Shown here piece by piece: positions 1-6,671 of a stretch of 35,158 nt of DNA. Source of the stretch: Gemmatimonadota bacterium. Its GTDB lineage: Bacteria; Gemmatimonadota; Gemmatimonadetes; Gemmatimonadales; GWC2-71-9. The position numbers were made by a program, and so were the translations under genes. The notes under the pieces are model-generated. The model did no database searches, was not told the origin of the DNA, and saw only the letters and a list, made by a program, of their open reading frames with translations. Position 1 is the stretch's first letter, and each line of letters opens with the position of its first letter. The DNA lies in NCBI GenBank assembly GCA_003221085.1, contig QHUD01000204.1:768-35925 (forward strand). Direction: 5' to 3'.

Positions 1-426
1 GACGCCCGCGACCGCCCCTTGCTCCCACACCAGATCGTCGACCGTCGTGGCCTGGCACACGTGCGCCCCCGCCCGCGCCGCCGCGGCCACGAGCATGGTG
101 TCGAACGTGGTGCGCGGCAGGGCGTAGCTGTAGCAGTGGGGTCCGCCGCGGAACCGTCCGCACACCGCCGCGCCGCCGGGCGCGACCACTTTCATCCCGT
201 ACAGCTTGGCGTGCGCCGAACCCTCAACCGCGTCGACGATGCCCCCGCCGAGCCGCTCCAGGATTTCCGTGGTCGCGGGGCTCAGGTACTCGGAGCAGGC
301 CTTGTCTCGGGGGAACCGGGCGCGGTCGAGGAGCAGGACGGACGCCCCCGCGCGGGCGAGCAGCAAGGCCGTCGTCGCCCCGGCCGGACCGGCCCCGACG
401 ACGATGACATCCCAGCGGTCGGTCAC
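1..426 (-). CDS. FAD-dependent oxidoreductase, geranylgeranyl-reductase-like (N-terminal 142 codons only; gene continues past window start)
   Basis: The ORF is open at the window edge and so is absent from the track. Hand translation of the reverse strand from GTG at 426 gives VTDRWDVIVVGAGPAGATTALLLARAGASVLLLDRARFPRDKACSEYLSPATTEILERLGG... This is a GxGxxG Rossmann dinucleotide fold plus the downstream segment typical of this flavoprotein family. It lies 13 nt downstream of the DUF92 stop on the same strand. Confidence 0.65.
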   Translation of the reverse strand, partial: MTDRWDVIVVGAGPAGATTALLLARAGASVLLLDRARFPRDKACSEYLSPATTEILERLGGGIVDAVEGSAHAKLYGMKVVAPGGAAVCGRFRGGPHCYSYALPRTTFDTMLVAAAARAGAHVCQATTVDDLVWEQGAVAGV

Positions 427-439
427 AAAGGCGTCGCGC

Positions 440-1126
440 TCAGGGCGGCGAGCCGTGCGATCCGAGCACGGCCACGGCCGCGCCCACGAGCGTCGCCGCG
501 AGGTTCACGCCGTCGTTGTCGAGCCAGCGCCAACCACTCGCAAGGCGCACCGGCTCGTGGCACACCGTCCGGCCGCGCTCGAAGCGCGCATCGCATGCGG
601 GACATTCGTATTTGCCTTGCAGCGTCGCGCCCAGGACCGAGTCCGCGAGCATGCCCGCCACGCCGGCGCCGGTCAGGCTCGCAAACCCCGGGGCGGTGCC
701 CCGGGGTGAAAGCGCGGCGGCCAATCCTGCCATCAGGGCCGCGCCGGCCACGCCGCCCAGCGTTCCCAACACCGTGATACCCCCCGACGCGCCTCGCGTC
801 ACCCGCCTCCCGGACGTGATGAGGCGGGGCGGGAACGGCGAGAACGCTCCGATTTCGGTGGCCCACGTGTCAGCGGCCGCGGCCGCGATGGCGCCGGCGG
901 CCGCCGGCCACGACCCCAACAGCGCCGCGACCAGGGCGACGCCGCCGTTGGCCAACACTTGTCGGGCGCTCCGGTTCGGGCCCCGGCGCTCGGCCATCTG
1001 GGTGAGGATGCTACCGGTGAGAAAGAAAGCAGCGAGCAGCGTGAGCCCCGGCCAGCCGAAGCCCCACGTCACGCCGACCCCGACGGCGCAGGCGGCGACG
1101 AGCCCGCCGGGGGTGAGCCACCTCAC
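440..1126 (-). CDS. DUF92/TMEM19-like integral membrane protein
   Basis: 228-aa ORF encoding a Gly/Ala-rich multi-pass membrane protein (ANGGVALVAALLG, DTWATEIG, GGITVLGTLGGVAGA), as in DUF92. The GTG start overlaps the anti-sigma stop (GTGA). A CPAC...C.H segment lies near the C-terminus. Confidence 0.55.
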   Translation of the reverse strand: MRWLTPGGLVAACAVGVGVTWGFGWPGLTLLAAFFLTGSILTQMAERRGPNRSARQVLANGGVALVAALLGSWPAAAGAIAAAAADTWATEIGAFSPFPPRLITSGRRVTRGASGGITVLGTLGGVAGAALMAGLAAALSPRGTAPGFASLTGAGVAGMLADSVLGATLQGKYECPACDARFERGRTVCHEPVRLASGWRWLDNDGVNLAATLVGAAVAVLGSHGSPP

Positions 1127-1347
1127 TCGTCGAGCAGCTCGTCCAGGATCCGTCGCTTCAATTCGGGGGGGGCGCCTTGGGCTTTGCAGCGGGCCTGCAG
1201 GAAATCGAGGAACAGCTTTTCGAAGTCGAATTGCTCACCGCACGGCGGGCAGTCTGTCAGGTGCTGGCGGATCTCCTGCTCGACCGCTGGCGTGAGCTCG
1301 CGGTCGAGATACTCATACAGGTGCTCCCTGCACTCCCGACAATTCAT
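1123..1347 (-). CDS. Zinc-binding anti-sigma factor (ZAS, RsrA-like, cytoplasmic)
   Basis: 74 aa with CxxC at residues 3-6 and the HxxxCxxC motif (HLTDCPPC). Its ATG overlaps the stop of the upstream ECF sigma gene (ATGA), the classic sigma/anti-sigma coupling. Confidence 0.75.
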   Translation of the reverse strand: MNCRECREHLYEYLDRELTPAVEQEIRQHLTDCPPCGEQFDFEKLFLDFLQARCKAQGAPPELKRRILDELLDE

Positions 1348-1979
1348 GTGGCGGACCCCTTGATGTAGCCCATGCCGACCGCGTAATCGTACAGCTTCTG
1401 CTGGAGCAAACGGCGTGCCCTGAACAGGCGGGACTTCACCGTTCCGACGGGCACCTCCAGGATGCGCGCGATCTCCTCGTACGACATGCCCTCCACGTCG
1501 CTCAACACCACGGTCTCCCGGAATTGTTCCGGGAGCAGGTCGATGGCTCGGAGGACCTCGTCGTCCACGATCCGATCGAAGAAGGTCCCCTGCGGGTCCT
1601 CGTCCTGCAGCTCCTCGAACACGGAGAACGGTTCGATGGCGTCGATATCGACCGTCTCCGGATGCCGCGTGCGTCGCCGATACTCATTAATGAAGGCGTG
1701 CCGCAGGATCGTGAGCAGCCACCCCTTGGCATTCGTCCCCCGCTCGAACTGGTGCCACGCGCGGTAAGCCTTGAGCATCGTTTCCTGGACGAGGTCGTCG
1801 GCTTCCGCGGGATTGCCGGTCAAGCGCAGGGCCACGCGGTACAAACTGTCGAGGTGTACGAGCGCTTCGCGCTCGAAGCTCGCCCGCTTGTCGGCCTCGG
1901 CCGCGGGGCTGGGCGCGGGCGAGGGGGGCGGGGGCGGGGGCGGGGGCGGGGGGGTCGGGGGGGGCGTGGGCGGGGCCAT
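1344..1979 (-). CDS. ECF-type sigma-70 family RNA polymerase sigma factor with poly-proline N-terminal extension
   Basis: 211 aa. Region 2 reads LYRVALRLTGNPAEADDLVQETMLKAYRAW...WLLTILRHAFINEYRR. Region 4 reads LPEQFRETVVLSDVEGMSYEEIARILEVPVGTVKSRLFRARRLL. The N-terminus is MAPPTPPPTPPPPPPPPPPSPAPSP. Confidence 0.9.
   Translation of the reverse strand: MAPPTPPPTPPPPPPPPPPSPAPSPAAEADKRASFEREALVHLDSLYRVALRLTGNPAEADDLVQETMLKAYRAWHQFERGTNAKGWLLTILRHAFINEYRRRTRHPETVDIDAIEPFSVFEELQDEDPQGTFFDRIVDDEVLRAIDLLPEQFRETVVLSDVEGMSYEEIARILEVPVGTVKSRLFRARRLLQQKLYDYAVGMGYIKGSAT
1923..1976. repeat. G-run simple repeat, (GGGGGC)n-like, encoding the poly-Pro tract on the minus strand
   Basis: The plus strand reads ggggggcgggggcgggggcgggggcgggggggtcggggggggcgtgggcgggg, immediately inside the 5' end of the sigma gene. 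Confidence 0.9.
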
Positions 1980-1988
1980 GGCGTCTCG

Positions 1989-2015
1989 TAACCTCTCTCC
2001 GGGCGCCCGGGTTCC
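1989..2015 (-). promoter_or_regulatory. Candidate ECF (SigR/SigH/SigE-type) autoregulated promoter GGAAC-N18-GTT
   Basis: The reverse strand reads tgcGGAACccgggcgcccggagagagGTTAcgagacgccATG. The -10 element ends only 9 nt before the sigma ATG, which implies a near-leaderless mRNA. Confidence 0.4.
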
Positions 2016-2049
2016 GCAATGGGGCGGGGCCGGCTAGGTTTCGCGCGCC

Positions 2050-2655
2050 GTGGTCCACAGCATTGTCCCTCTCGCCGTCCTCGAGGCGGTCAAGAACCTC
2101 GACACGCCGGTCGAGGACGGGTTGTCGGAATTCGCCGAGGAGCTCTTGTCCAAGCGACTCGGCCTCTCGGCCACGGTGGCGATGCAGCTGCGTGAATACG
2201 AGGGCATGGTGCGGCGAGACGCGACCGCCGACCGCTCGCACGTCGAGGCGCTGCTGCGGCTGGTGGGGCGGCGGCCCGATGCCGACCTGGTGTTCGCGGA
2301 TGCGGGCCGGCGCGCGGCGCGACGGGCAGTGCGACGCCTCTTCGTGCTCACCCGGCTCGCTGCACGCGCTGGCCCTCGCGCCCTCGGGTACGTCGCTGCC
2401 CGGCGCGCGGCGCGCGCGGTGTTCTCGGGGGAGCTGCGCCGCGAGAGCCATCTTCCGGTGGCGCGCGTGAGCGACTCCCTCGCCGTTCAAGCGACGCCCG
2501 ACGGCGCCGCGTGCGCGCTGTACGGCGCCGGGTTCAGCGAGCTGCTCCGGCTCCTCGTGGGCTTCGAAGGAGCCATGCTCCATGTCTCCTGCCGTGCGAC
2601 CGGCGGCGCGGTGTGTGAGTGGCGCGCCGCCCCCCCCGATCCCCGACACGGCTGA
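2050..2655 (+). CDS. Hypothetical protein with V4R-like (4-vinyl-reductase/ligand-binding) C-terminal domain
   Basis: 201 aa. The C-terminal part CALYGAGFSELLRLLVGFEGAMLHVSCRATGGAVCEWR has the Cys spacing I associate with V4R domains. The stop TGA overlaps the ATG of the next gene. Confidence 0.4.
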   Translation: MVHSIVPLAVLEAVKNLDTPVEDGLSEFAEELLSKRLGLSATVAMQLREYEGMVRRDATADRSHVEALLRLVGRRPDADLVFADAGRRAARRAVRRLFVLTRLAARAGPRALGYVAARRAARAVFSGELRRESHLPVARVSDSLAVQATPDGAACALYGAGFSELLRLLVGFEGAMLHVSCRATGGAVCEWRAAPPDPRHG

Positions 2656-3836
2656 TGCCATTGCTGGAGGGGTTCGACCTCCCCGCGCTCGCACAGGAGC
2701 TCGGCGCGCTCGGGGCCGACGGCTGGCTGTTATATGACTTCCGCAAGCTGAATCCGATCGCCGGCCGCATCCTCGGCGACACCGGGATGGGAACGCGACG
2801 TCTGTTCGTGCTGCTGCCGCGCTCGGGTCATCCCGTCGCGGTGGCCCATCGCATCGAGCTCCAGGCACTCGCCGACTTTCCGGGTGAAGTGCGGCCCTAC
2901 GGCGCGTGGCGCGAGCTGTACGGGCACCTCGAGGCGCTGGTCCGCGGCCGCACCCTCGCGATCGAAACCTCGCCTCGTGACCAGGTACCATACCTCGATC
3001 GCGTACCGCACGGCGTGGTCCAGCTGCTCGAGTCGCTCGGCGCTCGGCTGGTGTCGTCCGCGCCGCTCGTGTCCCGCTTCGCGGCGCGGTGGTCGGCGCC
3101 GGAGCTGGCGGGCCACCGCAAGGCGGCGGAGGTCCTCGCGAGCGTCGCGCGCGAGACGCTGACCTGGCTGGGGAGCGAGGCGGCGCGCGGCGCCGAGGTG
3201 CGGGAGACCGGCGTGCAGCTGCGCGTGCTCGAGGCGATCGAGCGCGCGGGGCTCTGGACCAACGACGGGCCAATCGTCGCGTTCGGTCCGACCAGCGCGA
3301 TGCCTCACTACGAGCCGCGTCCGGGGGCCGACCGGCGTCTGGCGGGGGGCGACGTGGTCTTGCTCGATCTGTGGGCCGGGCCGGGCAAGGGCTCCGTGTT
3401 CGCCGACCAGACTTGGATGGGGTTCGCGGGGCGCACGCCCGATGCGGACGTGCGCCGCGTGTGGCAGGCAGTGAAGGGGGCGCGCGAGGCCGCCGTCCGC
3501 TTCTTGCGTGAGCGCTGGCGGCCGGATGGCGCCGTGACGGGCGCGCAGGTGGATGACGCCGCGCGCGCCGTCATCCGCGACGCCGGGCTGGCCGACTACT
3601 TCGTACATCGCACAGGACATTCGATCGATCGCGACGTGCACGGCTCCGGGCCGCATATCGACAACTTCGAGACCGAGGACGCGCGGGCCCTGGTGTCCGG
3701 CGTGGGCTTCTCGATCGAGCCGGGTGTCTATCTGCCGGAGCGTTTTGGGATGCGCAGCGAGATCAACGTGTACATCGACACGGCGGGTCCCGAGGTGAGT
3801 CCCACCCGCCCGCAGGACGAGCTGATCCTGATCTGA
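2655..3836 (+). CDS. M24 family metallopeptidase (Xaa-Pro aminopeptidase-like)
   Basis: Pita-bread-fold metal-ligand motifs are present: VVLLDLWA, HRTGHSIDRDVHGSGP and GVGFSIEPGVYLPERFGMRSEINV. I place the start at ATG 2655 (MPLLEGF...), overlapping the upstream stop. The track ORF starts at 2619. Confidence 0.8.
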   Translation: MPLLEGFDLPALAQELGALGADGWLLYDFRKLNPIAGRILGDTGMGTRRLFVLLPRSGHPVAVAHRIELQALADFPGEVRPYGAWRELYGHLEALVRGRTLAIETSPRDQVPYLDRVPHGVVQLLESLGARLVSSAPLVSRFAARWSAPELAGHRKAAEVLASVARETLTWLGSEAARGAEVRETGVQLRVLEAIERAGLWTNDGPIVAFGPTSAMPHYEPRPGADRRLAGGDVVLLDLWAGPGKGSVFADQTWMGFAGRTPDADVRRVWQAVKGAREAAVRFLRERWRPDGAVTGAQVDDAARAVIRDAGLADYFVHRTGHSIDRDVHGSGPHIDNFETEDARALVSGVGFSIEPGVYLPERFGMRSEINVYIDTAGPEVSPTRPQDELILI

Positions 3837-3848
3837 CGGTCGAACGGC

Positions 3849-4709
3849 TCAGAGCACTGCGAGGACCAGTCCTGCCCACACCGCCGCGCCCACCGCCACG
3901 TGCGCGGCCTGGAGCGGTTGAGGAAGCGCGAGCAGCACCATCGCGGCGGCGACCGCGACCTGCAGGGTGACGAGGCCAACCACGTACCACGCACCACGCC
4001 GCTTCGAGTGCACCGCCCACCACACGACGTACGCGAACAGGGTGTACGCGAGCAGCCGGTGGGCCCAATGGATGTGCTGCAGGTAGTTCCCCGCCGGGGC
4101 GAGCTGGCCGGTGCAGAGCGGGAATCCGAGGCACGCGCTCGCCGCCCCCAGGTTGGCCGTGAGCGCGCCGAGCAGGACCGTCAGGAAGCCCAGAACGAGC
4201 GCCACGATTCCCACTAACCCCGGGCGCGAGCCCGGGGTGATCGGGGGCTCCGTGTCCCCCGGGCTTGCGCCCGGGGTCAGCTTTGCGACGACGATCAAGG
4301 TCGCCAGAAGCAGCATCGCCGTTCCGAGATGGAGGATCACAGTCCACGCCGGCAGGCTCAGCTTCACTGTCACCGCGCCGAGCACGACCTGCACGACGAG
4401 CAGCCCCAACGCGACGTAGGCGGTTCTGTCGGGAGAGAACCGCTCCCCGCTCCCTGCTCCCCGTCGCAGCCACCACGCATACGCCGCGAGTGTGGCAACC
4501 AGCCCACTCACCGCCGCGGCCGCCAGCCGGTGCCCGTACTCGATCATCGTCGGGAGGTCGAGCGGTGGGAGCAGCCTGCCGTTGCAGAGCGGCCAATGCT
4601 CGCCGCAGCCCAGTCCCGATCCGGTGATCCGGACGATCGCGCCGAGGATGACGAGCAGGTAGGTGAAGGTCGCCGCGGTCCAGGCGAGTCGCGTAAAGGG
4701 TCGCGTCAT
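3849..4709 (-). CDS. ctaA: Heme A synthase (COX15/CtaA family)
   Basis: Multi-pass membrane protein with GSGLGCGEHWPLCNG, MIEYGHRLAA, CLGFPLC and HWAHRLLA motifs (paired Cys and His heme ligands). The start is chosen at MTRPFTRL (ATG 4709); the longer track ORF reaches 4814. Confidence 0.8.
   Translation of the reverse strand: MTRPFTRLAWTAATFTYLLVILGAIVRITGSGLGCGEHWPLCNGRLLPPLDLPTMIEYGHRLAAAAVSGLVATLAAYAWWLRRGAGSGERFSPDRTAYVALGLLVVQVVLGAVTVKLSLPAWTVILHLGTAMLLLATLIVVAKLTPGASPGDTEPPITPGSRPGLVGIVALVLGFLTVLLGALTANLGAASACLGFPLCTGQLAPAGNYLQHIHWAHRLLAYTLFAYVVWWAVHSKRRGAWYVVGLVTLQVAVAAAMVLLALPQPLQAAHVAVGAAVWAGLVLAVL
4213..4279. repeat. GC-rich double-hairpin element (two inverted 24-nt units) inside the ctaA coding sequence
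   Basis: The sequence is ctaaCCCCGGGCgcgaGCCCGGGG, then a 19-nt spacer, then CCCCGGGCttgcGCCCGGGGtcag. The 25-mer ccccgggcttgcgcccggggtcagc (4256-4280) recurs exactly at 31893-31917. Confidence 0.85.
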
Positions 4710-4763
4710 GGGTGCGGAAATGTAGGTCGGTTGAGCGACCCCGGGCGACGTGTCCCGGGTCAC

Positions 4764-4791
4764 TTGACAAGGCTTCGGCTCGGGTAGAAAT
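4764..4791 (+). promoter_or_regulatory. Candidate sigma-70-type promoter (TTGACA-N15/16-TAGAAAT)
   Basis: TTGACA lies at 4764-4769 and TAGAAAT at 4785-4791, about 58 nt upstream of ATG 4849. The spacer is slightly short. Confidence 0.3.
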
Positions 4792-4848
4792 GTTGTACTG
4801 CACAAACTGACCAACGCCCCTCGTGCGGACCTTCTGTTCCGAGGCCCA

Positions 4849-5160
4849 ATGACCCGTCGACTGACGCCGGATGTTCAACTGGTAGCGCGCATGGCCGCAG
4901 GTGACCGCGACGCCCACACAGAGTTTTGCGAGCGCCACCGTCTCTCGCTGTACGCGCAAGTCTATGCCCTGCTCGTCGACGCGGCCTCTGCCGAGCGGGT
5001 CGTGGTGGAGACCCTCGAGCGCGCGTGGCATGCGGCGAAAGATTTCAATCCCGGCGCCGGGAGCGCGTTCGCCTGGCTGTCGGAGATCGCCCGGTCCCTG
5101 GCGCAGCATCGACGGCGCCCGCCCCATGACCCCACGGCATCGCCTTCCGTAGCGCTGTAG
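4849..5160 (+). CDS. Short sigma-70 region-2-only protein (truncated ECF-sigma-like)
   Basis: 103 aa: VARMAAGDRDAHTEFCERHRLSLYAQVYALLVDAASAERVVVETLERAWHAAKDFNPGAGSAFAWLSEIARSLAQHRRR. This looks like ECF region 2.1-2.4, but there is no region 4/HTH. Confidence 0.45.
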   Translation: MTRRLTPDVQLVARMAAGDRDAHTEFCERHRLSLYAQVYALLVDAASAERVVVETLERAWHAAKDFNPGAGSAFAWLSEIARSLAQHRRRPPHDPTASPSVAL

Positions 5161-5201
5161 TCCGCCGCGACCTGGCCGGCGCGCAGTATATTCGGCCTCT
5201 C

Positions 5202-6572
5202 ATGTCCACTTCCCCCCTGGCTCCCGCGACGGATCGCTGGGGCGACCGGCTGCCGCGCCGGCTTGGCTTCTGGAGTGCCGTCGCCGTGCTGGTCGGCTCC
5301 ACCATCGGCGGCGGGATCTTTCGCACCCCTGCCGTCATCGCCGAGCGCGTGCCGGCGCCCCTGCCGATGTTCAGCGTGTGGGTGCTGGGCGGCCTGCTGG
5401 CGTTGTGCGGCGCGCTCACGTACGCGGAGCTTGCGGCGCTGTTCCCGCGCTCGGGCGGCGTGTACGTGTACATCCGCGAGGGCTTCGGCCGGTTGCCGGC
5501 ATTCCTCTTCGGGTGGACCGAGCTGGTGCTGATCCGGGCATCCGCGCTCGGCGCTATTGCCACGCCGTTTGCCGAGTACCTGCTGCGCTCCATCGGCCGG
5601 GATCCGGCGCTGCCCGAGAATGCCGGACTGGTGCACTACGTGGCCGCGGCGGCCATCGCAGTCACCGCGGCGCTGAATTACTACGGCGTGCGGTGGAGCG
5701 CGCTCGTTTTGAATCTCACCACCGGCGCCAAGTACGGCGCGTTGGTGGTGCTCGTGCTCCTGGCGTTTCTCATAGGGCAGGGCGACTGGACACATTTCAC
5801 GACCGCGGTGGGTCCGGTCACGCCAGGCCTGTTCGGCTTGGCGCTGGTCTCGGTGCTGTGGGCGTACGACGGCTGGGGCGATCTCTCGTTCGTGGGCGGC
5901 GAAGTGCGTGATCCGGAGCGCAACCTGCCACGGGCGCTGGTGGTGGGGACGGCCGGTATCATCGCGATCTACCTGCTCGTCAACGCGGCGTATCTCTACT
6001 TGCTGCCGCTCGGCCAGATGGCGCGCTCGCCGCTGGTGGCGGCCGACGCCGCACAGGCGGTGCTGGGCCGCATCGGCGTCGGCGCCGTGACCGTCGTGGT
6101 GATGCTCGCGACCTTCTCCACGCTCGTGGGGTCGATTCTTACGGCGCCGCGTATCTTTTTTGCGATGGCGGATGACGGGCTCTTCTTCCGGGCCATCGCG
6201 ACGGTGCACCCGCGGTACCAGACGCCGTCGGCGGCGATAGTGCTCACCGGCTGCCTGGGGATCGGCTTCGTGCTGATCCGCACCTTCGAGCAGCTCGCGG
6301 ACCAGTTTGTCGTTGCCATCTTCCCGTTCTACGCGCTCGCGGCCGCGGCAGTGTTCGTGCTGCGTCGCCGGCGCCCCGACTTACCGCGGCCGGTTCGCGT
6401 CCTCGGGTATCCTATAGTGCCGCTCCTCTTCGTGCTCGCGAGTCTCCTCATCCTCGGCAATGCGCTGTGGGCGCACCCGCGAGAGACGGGGTTCGCCTTC
6501 CTGATCATTCTGCTCGGCGTTCCGGTCTACTCCTGGTGGATTCGCCCGCGCGAGCATGGGGGGTCGGCGTGA
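5202..6572 (+). CDS. APC superfamily amino acid/polyamine permease
   Basis: 456 aa with about 12 hydrophobic segments. The N-terminal signature is VGSTIGGGIFRTPAVIA ... YAELAALFPRSGGVYVYIREGFG. Confidence 0.85.
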   Translation: MSTSPLAPATDRWGDRLPRRLGFWSAVAVLVGSTIGGGIFRTPAVIAERVPAPLPMFSVWVLGGLLALCGALTYAELAALFPRSGGVYVYIREGFGRLPAFLFGWTELVLIRASALGAIATPFAEYLLRSIGRDPALPENAGLVHYVAAAAIAVTAALNYYGVRWSALVLNLTTGAKYGALVVLVLLAFLIGQGDWTHFTTAVGPVTPGLFGLALVSVLWAYDGWGDLSFVGGEVRDPERNLPRALVVGTAGIIAIYLLVNAAYLYLLPLGQMARSPLVAADAAQAVLGRIGVGAVTVVVMLATFSTLVGSILTAPRIFFAMADDGLFFRAIATVHPRYQTPSAAIVLTGCLGIGFVLIRTFEQLADQFVVAIFPFYALAAAAVFVLRRRRPDLPRPVRVLGYPIVPLLFVLASLLILGNALWAHPRETGFAFLIILLGVPVYSWWIRPREHGGSA

Positions 6573-6671
6573 CGAAAATGTGACTCCTGGCGGATTGACG
6601 ACCTTTCCGGGGGCCGCCATGTTTGACCCGCCCGAACCACCGTTCCCTTCAGCATTCCGGAGATCGTCCTG

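Noticed and set aside
661-700. Tandem CCCCGGGG octamers in the DUF92 gene, considered as another copy of the 24-nt hairpin element
   Set aside because: They share only the self-complementary CCCCGGGG core. They lack the GC-ttgc-GC hairpin and the tcag tail, so they were not counted as a family member.
19-777. 252-aa plus-strand ORF at the window start
   Set aside because: It is antisense to the flavoprotein and DUF92 genes. Its composition is Arg/Pro-rich nonsense, whereas the minus strand gives a clean GxGxxG Rossmann fold.
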